DNA of 64,000 nt. Source: Octopus vulgaris (lineage: Eukaryota). The stretch is taken from assembly GCA_951406725.2 (NCBI GenBank), contig OX597827.1, forward strand, positions 58,900,001 to 58,964,000. The letters run 5' to 3'. A model generated the notes under the pieces. That model was not told the origin of the DNA. It did no database searches and worked only from the letters and a program-made list of their open reading frames with translations. Numbering within the stretch: the first letter of the stretch is position 1; each line of letters opens with the position of its first letter. The position numbers were made by a program, and so were the translations under genes. Shown piece by piece: positions 39,497 through 51,819 of the stretch.

Positions 39497-39935
39497 CTTT
39501 ATTTTCATCTAATGCAGCATCTCCTGAATCAGTTGCTGTGTGATGCTTCTCGGATTCAGCATCCGATGTCTGCCCCTTTTCACTGTCCTCAGTGCTGTCT
39601 ACTTCTGACAGTGCTTGGTCACGACTCCACTCTGAAGTAGTGGTACCATCACGGCCACTATTGCCATCAGTAGTGGTGCTACTGGACAGTGTTGGGGCAG
39701 CTGCTGGGTGCTTTTGAACTTCGTTCTGCTGTTCGAATTCCTGAATTTGCTGGGCCATCTTCTTCTCTACTGCAGTAGTAGGAGAGGATGTTGCTTCACC
39801 ACTACCAGCAGCTGTATTAGCAGTAGCAGCAGTGCTACTACTACTAGCACTAGTAGCAGTTGATGTAGTTGTAGTGGTACCAGCAGTGGCATCATCAGTC
39901 ACATCACGCAGTGGTACTATACTATGCTTGAAGTC
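39497..39935 (-). CDS. unc79: UNC79 exon 9 (Ser/Thr/Ala-rich)
   Basis: inside ORF 39483..39962; cacag / AAG|gtaggt; DFKHSIVPLRDVTDD...ALDENK; 439 nt, phase 0-1. Confidence 0.88.
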
Positions 39936-40090
39936 CTGTGTTTTAGAGAATAAGAAAAGCATTTAAAAAAAAAAATATCAGATCTTCCTCAAATATCTTT
40001 TTGTCTTTATGTTTAGTTCAGTGAATGGTCTAACCCTTCCATGAGTATATTTCTATAGTTCAGTGAATGGTCTAACCCTTCCATGAGTAT

Positions 40091-40163
40091 ATTTTTATAG
40101 TTCAGTTGGTAGAGCATTAGACTTTTAATCTGAAGGTTGTGGGTTTGAGTACCTCTGTGGGTG
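40091..40163 (+). pseudogene. tRNA-Lys(UUU) pseudogene
   Basis: ATAGTTCAGTTGGTAGAGCATTAGACTTTTAATCTGAAGGTTGTGGGTTTGAGT... follows the eukaryotic tRNA-Lys-TTT pattern; 5' acceptor strand replaced by attttt and T-arm degenerate. Confidence 0.75.
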
Positions 40164-40194
40164 CACGATTATTTTTATGGGTGCAGGTATGGCT

Positions 40195-40420
40195 GTGTGG
40201 CAGAAATGTTAGCATGCCGGGCGAAATGCTTAACGGTATTTCGTCTGTCTTTATGTTCTGAGTTCAAATTCTGCCGAGGTCGACTTTGCATTTCATCCTC
40301 ACGGGGTCAATTAAATAAGTACCAGTTACGCACTGGGGTCGATATAATCGACTTAATCCGTTTGTCTGTCCTTGTTTGTCCCTTCTGTGTTTAACCCCTT
40401 GTGGGCAGTAAAGAAATAAG
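40195..40420 (+). mobile_element. SINE family B
   Basis: match to 1336-1570. Confidence 0.85.
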
Positions 40421-40789
40421 AAGCCTGCTTCTGAACCACATAGTTCTGGGTTCAGTCCCACTGTGTGGCACCTTGGGTTAGTGCCTTCTACTACAAACCC
40501 AGGCAAGTGGATTCCCCTGAAGAGAAATGAAATATTATTGGTTAAATTTTGAAATCATATGATAGGGTCTTATCAACTTACTACATTGAGCAAGTTTTAT
40601 TTTGCTGGAGAAAGCTGTGGTGGCTTGCTGCTCATAGTCCCTTTGAACATTTCATGAGGTTGGTGATTTTGTGTGGCTATTTGAGTTATATTTTTTAGCT
40701 CTTATTTCTAGCAATTGTAGGTGCTATTTTGCATTTTTATTTATGTATTCTACCTTTTTGGTTTTTACAATAAGATATTATAATGATAA

Positions 40790-40855
<66 letters not shown>

Positions 40856-41138
40856 TAGAAAAAACTCGGAGAGTGCAGACCTCCAAGCCAAGCAGCTCAT
40901 TGCCATCCATATACATGCATGCTGAAAATCGCCCAATTTCCCAAACCAACACTAGCAGAAACATAACCTCCTTGTGTGTGTGTGTGTGCAGCAGGCCTTA
41001 ACCACACAGCTATGCCTTTGTCCATGTCCATGACTATGTTTGTGTTTGCATTGGTCAAACACCAGTTTTGTTTATATAGGGTCTTTTTATGCCCCATAGC
41101 CTAGCATCTCGACTTATATAAATTGATAGAATTTCTCA

Positions 41139-41372
41139 AGGCGGCGAGTTAGCAGAAACATTAGCATGGTGGGTGAAATGTTTAGCAGTATCTCGTCTGC
41201 TGTTACATTCTGAGTTCAAATTCCGCCGAGGTCAACTTTGCCTTTCATCCTTTCGAGGTCGGTAAATTAAGTACCAGTTATGCATTGGAGTCGATGCAAT
41301 CAACTTAATCCCTTTGTCTGTCCTTGTTTGCCCCCTCTATGTTTAGCCCCTTGTGGGCAATAACGAAATAAG
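41139..41372 (+). mobile_element. SINE family B
   Basis: match to 1336-1570. Confidence 0.85.
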
Positions 41373-41514
41373 AAATTGATAGAATAAATACCAGAGTACC
41401 AGACTGAAATAAGTAAACATTCAAAGACAGTAGTCTCATCATATCCACAGAACAAGAACTGAATTCAGAAAAAGAATGAAAAGGGTAGTAGATGATTAAA
41501 AGTGGTCCACCTAC

Positions 41515-41888
41515 ATCATTATCATCTGGAGACTGGGCAGGAGAGGTTGATGATCTAACATCCACTTCATTTGCTGCACCATGTCTCCCTCCTTGTCGAC
41601 TGAAGCGGTTGTGTTTCGCTGCTTTCTTTTGATCTTTCTTATTACTGCTGCTGTGTGTCGGTGTTGAATCTGTATCCGACATAGGGCCTTCTGGAATCAC
41701 TTTCTTCACTGTATGCTTGTTCTTTGTGTAATGAACAATGCTGTCTTTCACAGGAGATGTCATTTTGATGTGAAGGTTGCTCACTTTGTAACCGCCTCCA
41801 CTCTCTTCCTTCTGATAGGTGGGGCTTTGAGGAGGAGTTTCCGTTTCTTGAATATTCTCCAAATCACTTGCAGAAACTTTACTGGCAT
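41515..41888 (-). CDS. unc79: UNC79 exon 8 (predicted disordered region)
   Basis: inside ORF 41305..41940; cttag / GAT|gtaggt; DASKVSASDLENIQETETPPQSP...SPDDND; 374 nt, phase 1-0. Confidence 0.88.
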
Positions 41889-41989
41889 CTAAGATATAAG
41901 AAAAACGAAAAAAAAAAAGAAAAAAGAGAATATGAGGCATTCATTGCTTTCAAGTAGGTACAATGCAACAATCTTATCAGAGGTGTGGA

Positions 41990-42425
41990 TTGGATGTGTG
42001 GTAAGTAGCTTGCTTCCCAGCCACATGGTTCTAGGTTCAGTCCCACTGTGTGGCACCTTGGGCAAGCATCTTCTACAATAGCCTTGGGCTGACCAAAACC
42101 TTGTGAGTGGATTTGGTAGATGAAAATTGAAAGAAGCCAGTTGTATATATATATATATGTGTATGTGTGTGTGTGTGTGTGTGTATGTATTTACATGTGC
42201 AGATGTGTGTGTGTGTTTGTGTGTCCCCCACCCCATCCATCGCTTGACAGTCAACATTGGTGTGTTTAGGTCCCTGTAACTTAACAATTCAGCAATAGAG
42301 GCTGATAGAATAAATACTAGGCTTACAAAGAATAAGTCTTGGGGTTGATTTCTTCGACTAAAACCGTTTAGCATGATACTCCAGCATGGTCACAGTCAAA
42401 TGACTGTAACAAGTAAAAGAGTAAA
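41990..42425 (+). mobile_element. SINE family A
   Basis: head gtgtggtaagtagcttgcttccc to tail acaagtaaaagagtaaaa. Confidence 0.82.
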
Positions 42426-42984
42426 AAAATAAAAGAACAATAATAAAACCTAGGTGCTTTTTTTGTTTTGTCGTCGTCGTCATCATCATCATCATCATCA
42501 TCATTTAACATCCATATTCCATGCTGCTGGCATAGGTTGGATGGTTCGACAGGATCCAGTGGGTCCGAGGACTGCACCATTCTCTAACGTCTGCTTTTGG
42601 CATAGTTTCTACACCCTGATGCTTTTCCTAACACTAAGTGCATTACAGCATGTAACTGTGTGCTTTTCTCATACCACCAACTCTAGTGTGGTCACAAGAC
42701 CCTGACTGTGGGAGTAGCTTTAGGATAGAAGATAGGGTGTTAAAGTATGAAAGAAGGGGGCAAAGTAGGTTTCTTGTAAAGCTACTTGCATTTAGAAGAA
42801 AGGGTGAGAATGATCAGGTGGAGTTGCAAACAAATAGATAATGATGATGATGAGGTGTCCAGGTTATCTTCACAAGGTAAAAGGTGAATGATATATGCAG
42901 GAAGAGACAGCTGCCTGTCCGCCAGTCTGTCTGTTTGTCCGTCCGTTCGTCCATCCATCCATCCATCCATCCATTCATCATATA

Positions 42985-43363
42985 AAATCTATTCTGTCTG
43001 TCTGTGTGTGTGTCTTCTAGGATCTCGGGCATCCTCCATCCAGTTGTGCACAAATTTGATATATAGATACCGACGGTATCAGGGCGTGTATAAGTCTTGA
43101 GAAAATTACAAAAATTGATTCCAGGTGAGAATGCGATCGAGAAAGCTGTGGGAACGTGCATTTGTACACACAAGTACATCAGCTGTTGCGATCACTACTA
43201 CGCATATGCGAGAAAAATGCACGTGTAGTTTGCATAAGAAAAGCCAGCTGGCTTGAAATAATGCCACAAAATGGGATGGTTGGACAAGTTGTTTTGAGAA
43301 AAATTGGTTCAAATATTTGACAACTCAGCACCATCCATTTGACGGGGTGGGGGAGTTTTGCTC

Positions 43364-43365
<2 letters not shown>
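42985..43365 (-). mobile_element. inverted copy of 38540-38910 element
   Basis: shared CGAGCAAAAC...GAGTTGTCAAA and GGATGCCCGAGATCCTAGAAGACACAC blocks. Confidence 0.6.
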
Positions 43366-43411
<46 letters not shown>

Positions 43412-43623
43412 CACACATAGTGGTATTTATTGCTGAACACTAAAGAGATGGAGTAAAAAGATTATATGTTTTAACAGCAATTATGTACTCCTGGTGGTAA
43501 TTCAATGAAAAGTGTATAAGTTTGATAAAGCACAGAATACCATAACTGTTTGCTGTATTTTATCAATATTGTGTGTGTGTATAATAAATAGAAATCCTGC
43601 AAGCTAAAAGTAGTACAACTTAC

Positions 43624-43771
43624 CTCTACTTCTATGAAACTGCGGTATTGGTGGAGTAAAACCCTCTTCTCCTTTTTTACATTTGTGATGTTGAGCTTCA
43701 ATTGTGTTGATTACAATTCTTATCAGAATCTGAACTATTTCTGTTGTTGCACTGTTGGCATTGACTTGGTA
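43624..43771 (-). CDS. unc79: UNC79 exon 7
   Basis: ttccag / AG|gtaagt; YQVNANSATTEIVQILIRIVINTIEAQHHKCKKGEEGFTPPIPQFHRSR; 148 nt, phase 0-1. Confidence 0.93.
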
Positions 43772-44009
43772 CTGGAATGAAAGAAAGCTGAATGGATCAG
43801 TGGTTAGCAGTCTTTATAAATTTGGTAATGTGCAACATGAACATCACATGTTTTAAAATTGCATATTTAGAAATACAGAGATGAACTTGTTATATTAATC
43901 ACATTTCTGTATAACATATGTGAATAACAAGCATGGCTGTGTGGTAAGAAGCTTGCTTCCCAACCACACAGTTCTAGGCTCAGACCCACTGTGTGAGATC
44001 TTGGGTAAG

Positions 44010-44350
44010 GCCTCAATCTGATCTGGCAATGTTTCTACCGCTGGATGCTTTTCCTAATGCCTACCACTCTGAGAGTGTAGTGGATGCTTTTTATGTGCCA
44101 CTGGCACAGGAGCCAGTCAGGCAGGCCTGGCATCTATCACATTCATATAGTGCTTTTTATGTGCCATCGGCATAGGGGTCAGTCAGTGGGTAATGGCATC
44201 GGCCATATTTGGATGGTGCTTTTTACATGCCACTGGCACAAGAACCAGTCGGCCACATTCGGATAGTGCTTTTTACGTTCCACATGCACAGGAGGCAGTC
44301 AGGCAGAGCTGGCATCGACCATGTTCAGGTGGTGCTTTTTACATGCCAAA
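44010..44350 (-). mobile_element. family C fragment with five degenerate tandem units
   Basis: TGCTTTTTA(C/T)(A/G)TGCCA core repeated five times at 52-66 bp spacing. Confidence 0.8.
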
Positions 44351-44600
44351 GCAGAATTATTATAAGATGATAATCCTTCCTACTAAAGGCAGAAGGCCTA
44401 AAATTTTGGGAGAGGGAATAAACCGATTACATTGAACCTAGTGTTTCACAAGTACTTAATTTATTGATCCTGAAAGGATGAAAGGCAATGCGGACCTCAC
44501 CAGAATTTGAACACAGAATGTAAGGATGGACGAAATGTTAAACATTTTGCCTGGTATGCTAACAATTCTGCCAGCCTGCCACCTTGACAATAATAATAAT

Positions 44601-44659
<59 letters not shown>

Positions 44660-45345
44660 TAATAATAATGATATACCTTGATGCAGTACCAGGCAGTGGC
44701 TCTCATGGCTTCTTATCTTAACTAATTGGGAGTGTTATCATGTACGTGTTTTGTCTTGCTATAAAAGATGGGCTACAGCAAATATTCTGCTCAATACCAC
44801 AGATTTGCTTGTTAACTGTCTGACCTTAATCAATTGAGCATGTCCCTTAGTGGCTGACAATATGTGCATCTCTGATAAGGGTATACTAGGCACATGCATC
44901 ACAACTATATATACGTGACATGGTGATCTCATATCAAGATAAACAGCACATAACCTTGCAGGTGGGGTCCAGTTAGAATTTTCTTCTGGTTGAGTAACTC
45001 ATCCCGCTCAAAAGGTCCCTGAATAAGGGTTGTTTAAGGATGTTGAATGAAACACTCATGTTTCCAGAGGTGAATTATTCAAACCCCAAAGGATCCCTCT
45101 CAACACACGGCTATGATTTTCTCCCACTGTTTCTTCTCATGATCACAGATGCACATATCGTCAACCACTAAGGGACATGCTCAACAGGTTATGGTCAAAC
45201 AACTGACAAGCAAATCTGTGGTATTGAGCAGAATATTTGCTGTAGCCCATCTTTTATACAAGACAAAAAACAATGTACATGATAACACTTCCAATCAGTT
45301 AAGATCAGAAGCCACGAGACCCACTGCCTGGGACTGCATCAGAGC

Positions 45346-45482
45346 ATTATTATTATTATTATTAATATTGCTATTATTATTATTATTGCTATTATTATTA
45401 TTATTATTATTGCTATTATTATTATTATTATTATTATTATTATCATTATTGCTATTATTATTATTATTATTATTATTATTGC

Positions 45483-45513
<31 letters not shown>

Positions 45514-45515
45514 GC

Positions 45516-45546
<31 letters not shown>

Positions 45547-45548
45547 GC

Positions 45549-45588
<40 letters not shown>

Positions 45589-45590
45589 GC

Positions 45591-45637
<47 letters not shown>
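45346..45637. repeat. (TTA)n microsatellite with periodic TTGCTA interruptions
   Basis: read directly from sequence. Confidence 0.95.
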
Positions 45638-45987
45638 GGCATTGAACAAGGTATTTTGAAGGCAGAATGTATAAGCGTGGTTGTACTTTCAGCATTTTGG
45701 TCTTGCAGTGTAGATGGACTTCACTTTTCATAATTATTTATAAAACAAAGAAGACATCAAGTAAGAAACAGAGACAAAGCATAAATCAAAGGATCAGAGA
45801 ACAGCCAATATACATGTGAACACACACACACACATCAACACTTAATTACATTTGCTCAATCTGAACTGCCCTGGGGATTAAATAACAACAACAACACCAA
45901 CACCACTAACAGTGGTAGCAACAATAACAACTAAACCACAACAACAAAAACAACAACAACAACTTGTATTATTTATTTAGTTCTCAC

Positions 45988-46170
45988 CTTATAGAGGACC
46001 ACTAGGAAAGCCATTAGCCAAGAATGTCTCACACATGGTTCTAGGAACCACAAAGTATAATTGGGAGGTTGATAGTCACTGGCATAGCGCTGTGGTGAGG
46101 GAGAGTATTTCAGGACCATTAATGTAATTGGTAATATCATGTTTCCAAGGGCAAAATTCCGATCTAGGAT
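45988..46170 (-). CDS. unc79: UNC79 exon 6
   Basis: ttttctacag / AAG|gtgaga; ILDRNFALGNMILPITLMVLKYSPSPQRYASDYQPPNYTLWFLEPCVRHSWLMAFLVVLYK; 183 nt. Confidence 0.94.
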
Positions 46171-46734
46171 CTGTAGAAAAAGAAGAAAAAAAGTAAGAAA
46201 TGAGAAAAATCTTATACAGGTGCAGGAGTGGCTGTGTGGTAAGTAGCTTGCTTACGAACCACATGGTGCTGGGTTCATTCCCACTGCGTGGCACCATGAG
46301 CAAGCCTTGTGAATGGATTTGGTAGATGGAAACTCAAAGAAGGCCGTCATATATATGTACATGTATATATATATATGTAAGTGTGTCTTAAATCCCTGCA
46401 GGCATGCCACAAGGTTTAAAATGTCAACTGATAAAATACTGTACGGGTAAAATGGTTTGACTTTCAGAAAATTTTAACTGTTGCATTTGAATTTGACTTT
46501 ACACCTTATAGTTATTTTGCATTACAATGCTGGTGCATATTTTGACTTTACTTTTAAGAAAGCCTTCGACTGTTTTACAAATTTAAGCTTAAGCTTCGCT
46601 GAGGTTTATTTTTATTGTTTACTCATGTATTTAATTACGTTATATCAATTTATTGTGCAATTTCCTTATTTTAACACTTTAATATTATATATACCAGACA
46701 GTTTTTAAAATTGTTTGCATATATACGTTAAAAA

Positions 46735-46982
46735 TAAATAAATGCGCCCTTTTAAAGCCTAGCCAGGCTCATGGGCCCGGTTTCTATGGCGTATGTGTTT
46801 CCCAGCTGGATGGGACGCCAGTCCATCGCAGCATTACTCATTTTTGCCAGCTGAGTGGACTAGAGCAATGTGAAATGAAGTGTTTTGCTCAAGAACACAA
46901 CGCGTCGCCCAATCCAGGAATTGAAACCACAATCTTACGATCATGATGCTGATGCCCTAACCACTAAGTCACGTGCCTCCAC
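46735..46982 (-). mobile_element. SINE family E (tRNA head, Meta/V-like central motif)
   Basis: TGACTTAGTGGTTAG...GGTTTCAATTCC; CTGCGATGGACTGGCGTCCCATCCAG; (ATTT)n tail. Confidence 0.72.
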
Positions 46983-47499
46983 ATATATATGTTATGATGT
47001 ATATATTTATCTTGATGTGAAGATATGTCTCTATATATTTATGTGCATGTATGTATTGTAGGTAGGTATGTATATATATGTATGTATGTGTGTATGTGTA
47101 TGTATATGTGTATATACATTTATATGTATGGGCAGGTATTTGCATACATTTTTTTTTGTATATTTGTATGTGTATCTATATGTGTGTGTATTTGTATGTA
47201 TGTTTGTATTTATGTAGATATACATGTAAATTCATGCATGCGTTTCGCAAGCTGAACGAAGTATCTACCCTTAGTTAGATACTTTTTTGAATGCCATTAT
47301 TTAACGCTTTCTACCTCTATCTATTTTTCTCCTTTTCTCTCTCTCTAATTTTCTGTTTCTCTTTCTTTTATTTCTTTTTCTTCTCCTACTCCCACTTATT
47401 ATTCTCTGATTTTTTTCCATTTCTTTTTTTTTCACCTGTAACAACTAACTGGTATAAGCATACACCAGAAAATCTGGTGCAAGTGCATGTGTGTGCATG

Positions 47500-47544
<45 letters not shown>

Positions 47545-48054
47545 TTGTATATATTTATGTCTTGCCAATATATGTCTGTATATTTATGTAGCCATCATCA
47601 TCATCATCATCATTGTTTAGCATCCGCTTTCCATGCTGGCATGGGTTGGACGGTTCAACTGGAGTCTGGGAAGCCAGAAGGCTGCACCAGGCCCAGTCTC
47701 ATCTGGCAGTGTTTCTACAGATGGATGCCCTTCCTAATGCCAACCACTCCATGAGTGTAGTGGGTGCTTTTTATGTGCCACCGGAACAGGTGTCAGACAA
47801 GGCTGGCAAACGGCCACAATCGGATGGTGCTTTTTACGTGCCACCGGCACGGAGGCCAGGCGAGGCTGGCAACAGCCACAATCGGATGACGTATATTATA
47901 GATTGTTTGCTATGTGTGTATATTTTGTGTGTATATACTCCCACATCAACATCATCATCATCACGCGCACAAACACACACAGATACATGCACACACACAC
48001 ACAGAGCCGGCTTCTTTCATATAAGAAATATAAAGAAGTAAATGTGATACTCAC

Positions 48055-48097
48055 ATAAGGTACTCCACTGATGAAAGCATTAAAAACAGCTGAGGAT
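48055..48097 (-). CDS. unc79: UNC79 exon 5
   Basis: aag acceptor / gtgagt donor; (R)SSAVFNAFISGVPY; 43 nt, phase 2-0. Confidence 0.9.
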
Positions 48098-48249
48098 CTT
48101 TGTTGATAAGAAGTAAAATGAAAAGAAAAATAAGACATTGTTAGAAGTTATTTAAAGTGAAATGTCTGAAACAAAGGCAAAACAACCTGGGGAAAGAAGC
48201 CTTGGAAACCGAAAGGTCCCTCAACAAAAATTATATTTACATATATGTG

Positions 48250-48805
48250 TAGGGATAACTACGTAGGAAGAAGCCTGCTTCCTGACCACATGGTTCCAGG
48301 TTCAGTCCCACTGTGTGACACCTTGGGCATGTACCTTCTACTATAGCCTTGGGCTGACTAAAGCCTTGTGATTGGATTTGACAGACAGAAACTGAAAGAA
48401 GCCCATCATATGTGTGTGTGTATTTATATGTGTGTGTCTTTGTGTCTGTGTTTGTCTCCCCACTATTCTTTGACAACCGATGTTGGTTTGTTTATATCCC
48501 CATAGACGTAGGAGTGGCTGTATGGTAAGTAGCTTGCTTACCAACCACATGGTTCCGGGTTCAGTCCCACTGTGTGGCACCTTGAGCAAGTGTCTTCTAC
48601 TATGGCCTCAGGGCGACCAAAGCCTTGTGAGTGGATTTGGTAGACGGAAACTGAAAGAAGCCTCTCATATATATATGTGTATACATATACGTGTGTACTA
48701 GGCTTACAAAGAATAAGTCCTGGGGTTGATTTGCTCGACTAAAGGCGGTGCTCCAGCATGGCCACAGTCAAATGACTGAAACAAAGAAAAGAGTAAAAGA
48801 GTAAT
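48250..48805 (+). mobile_element. two tandem or nested SINE family A copies
   Basis: second head ggagtggctgtatggtaag starts at about 48510 inside the first copy. Confidence 0.8.
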
Positions 48806-49719
48806 ACAGAGTTTTGATAGCTAACAGCCTATGTGGGAAGTTTATTCTGTCTTGACAATTTTGAACATGGGAAAAATGTTTCCCAAATCATTTATGCTAC
48901 ACTGGATTATGATTTGTAAAGGCTAAATGAAATCGTAGTCATGGCTGTTATCAGTGTCATGTGAATGGCACCCGTGAAATCATAATTGTGGCCATTGCCC
49001 AGTAGCATGATCTTCAAATGCCGGGCCTCACGGAGGCGATGACAAGTGATTGAGACCTTTGGCAATATGCTGTGCTTCAGAAGAATTGTGAAGCCAAGTG
49101 AAATCGTAGTCATGGATGTTGCCAGAGTCATGTAAATGGTGCCTGTGCGGCAGCATGTAAAATAGTACCACTTACACTCTCAGAGGTGGTTGGCATTAGG
49201 AAGTGCATCCAACTGTAGAAATCATGCCAAATCGGACTGGAACCTGGTGCAGCTCTCTGGCTTACCAGTTCCAGTCAAACTGTCTAACCCATGCCAGCAT
49301 GGAAAGCAGATGTATTATTATTATTATTATTATTATTATGATGATGATGATGATGCTGAGGAAGAAGAAGAAGAAGAAGACGATGAAAGAATCTTCGTCG
49401 TCGTCGTTGTCATCGTCATCATCATGTCTGATTGTTTTATCCAAACGGGATGGTGCCGATTATGTCCACAGATGTTAAAGATACTGAATTCAAAAAGGTG
49501 ATCAAAGTTGTTGTTGAAAAGATAGTGGATAATTTTATATGCTTCTAACAAGTGAAGTGCTAGACGTCAATGTTTTAAGTTAGTCAATGGTCAGAAAAGC
49601 AAAAGATGTTCAAGATACAGTAACACATGCCAAGCAAACACCTATATTATGTATTCGGAGGAGACATGGATTTAAAACAACAGTAACAAAAAGAAAAAAA
49701 GTACATTTACAATAGTTAC

Positions 49720-49802
49720 CTCAGTTTATATGGTGGAACACTAAAGGTTTGTTCTGTTTGATTATATCCTAACAAGACATTTAGATGCCGGAGAACGATG
49801 CT
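49720..49802 (-). CDS. unc79: UNC79 exon 4
   Basis: tttacag / AG|gtaact; SIVLRHLNVLLGYNQTEQTFSVPPYKLR; 83 nt, phase 0-2. Confidence 0.92.
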
Positions 49803-49914
49803 CTGTAAATGAGAGAAATAATATTTAGTAACTTAAAAGAAATCACAAACAATGAAACAAACAAATAATATACTGCAGTTATGTAACAGAGAGTAAGCTA
49901 TGTTCTCAATAAAC

Positions 49915-50147
49915 TTATTTCTTTATTGCTCACAAGGGGCTAAACATAGAGGGGACAAACAAGGACAGACAAAGGGATTAAGTCAATTCCGTCGACCCCA
50001 GTGCATAACTGGTACTTAATTTATCGACCCCAAAGGATGAAAGGCAAAGTCAACCTTGGCAGAATTTGAACTCAGAACACAGCGCCAAACGAAATACTGC
50101 TAAGCATTTTGTCTGGCGCGCTAACGATTCTGCCAGCTCACCACCTT
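49915..50147 (-). mobile_element. SINE family B
   Basis: reverse complement of 1336-1570; variants with another tail at about 6355-6555, 31310-31527, 32390-32600, 32835-33055, 44370-44585. Confidence 0.85.
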
Positions 50148-50708
50148 ATTTTCAATAAACTTGGTCACAGTGTTAACCTTTTAGCATTCAAACTGACCAT
50201 ATCTGGCCCAAATATTCAACCTGTTTTATGTTCAAACTGGTCAGGCGTGGCCTCTCATACCTACCCTGTAATGTCATTCTGAAAATAAACAATCACATTA
50301 CAATATTTCATGTGTCATCGCAGGAGTGGCTGTGTGGTAAGTAGCTTGCTTACCAACCACATGGTTCCGGGTTCAGTCCCACTGCATGGCACCTTGGGCA
50401 AGTGTCTTCTACTATAGCCTCAGACAGACCAAATCCTTGTGAGTAGATTAGGTGGACAGAAACTGAAAGAAGCCCATCATATACGTCTTTGGAGTAAGGA
50501 GAGAGTTCTTGCAAAGTATACTTGGTGAGTAGAGCAGCTCAGGATCTGTGGCCTTTCCTGCCTACTGAGGAATTTATTTGCTAGAATGTTTTTGCAAATT
50601 GTTATTTATTTTTTATAGTTTACACATTTTCTTAGTAAATTCCCACCATCTTTTGTGTATCGTCCAAAATGTTTTTTCAAACCCCTTCAAACCAATAAAG
50701 AAAGAAAG

Positions 50709-50740
<32 letters not shown>

Positions 50741-50819
50741 ATAATATTATTATTATTAATATTATTATTATTATTAGGCAATGGGATCAGTAAGTGTTCT
50801 GCTTAGAAATTTATAGAGA

Positions 50820-51600
50820 ATTAATGGCGGGCAAGTGTGATGAAAATGAACTGGCCAGTTTGTTCGAGTCAGGAACTATCATGGATAATTTCCTGATGTT
50901 CTTGCCCTGGCAGTGCTACCAGGGGCGGGGGGGGTAGCTACCAGTTTGAAATAAACTCTACAGGCACGGATGTGCTGTCAGATGGACTTTTCTGAGGTAT
51001 GTGCAGTGTCCATCTGTTGGCTGAGTCTGTAGCGATGATTGTACTGCCGCCCCACTTCAATCGGGCAGACAAGACAGTTTTCCTTTGCCTGGTGGCTGTG
51101 GGGAAAGAGGTTGTTTGGTGGACAAGGCTGAAAGGCATCAGGACAGATACAGCCCTCTTTGGTAGAGCTCTCATTGACCTTTCCAAATTTCACTTGAAAA
51201 GGAAATTGAGAGTGGAGAGTGAAGTGCTGTCCTTGAGTGAGTTTATTGAAGGGCGGATTAAGGTTGTAAAAATGGCAAGAGCGGATGGTACCTCTCTGAG
51301 TATAGACCTGTGAGTTGGAGACAAGGAATTGGAAAGGGCACTTGCTCATAGGGTTTCAGGAAATTTCGAACAGTGGGGTTTCTCAATTAACCCTAGAGGC
51401 ATTCCTGTATCAGGAGGGTCACATCTCCTTCATCTTCACCTAACTTTTTTTTCTTTTACCTTTCAAATGCTATGCATATGTCCCTTCTTTTCCAGTGTAT
51501 TCTGTGTATACTTTATTTCTTTATTTTATTTTTATCATTTCGTTTTCATATGTAAACCCCCACACTTTATGTCTGTCTCTGTACTGTCCCCCTCATCCTT
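50820..51600 (+). mobile_element. Tx1/L1-like LINE 3' fragment
   Basis: ORF 50999..51313 VFLCLVAVGKEVVWWTRLKG...FHLKRKLRVE, then a pyrimidine-rich UTR ending aaataaa; family assignment tentative. Confidence 0.55.
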
Positions 51601-51819
51601 TGCCCTTGTGCCAAATAAATGAAATCATCATTATTATAAGTAGTAGTAGCAGTATTAGTATTCCGCTGACATCCACTTCGCCTTTCATTCTTTTGGAGTC
51701 AATAAATTAAGTACCAGTTAAGTACTGGGGTCAATGTAATCAATTTACCCCCCCCCCCCAAAAAAAATTTCAAGCCTTATGCCTGTTGTAGAAACGATTA
51801 CTATTATTATTGTTATTAT

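Noticed and set aside
40091-40163. Functional tRNA-Lys gene
   Set aside because: Acceptor stem cannot pair and the T-loop is mutated; called a pseudogene.
44080-44350. CRISPR-like pattern of a short repeat with 35-45 bp spacers (also 7421-7630)
   Set aside because: Spacers are homologous to each other, units belong to dispersed retroposon family C, there are no cas genes, and the context is a eukaryotic intron.
45149-45733. Long poly-Leu/Asn/Ile ORFs, and the many YI/HT/CV ORFs in the track
   Set aside because: Translations of microsatellites; not genes.
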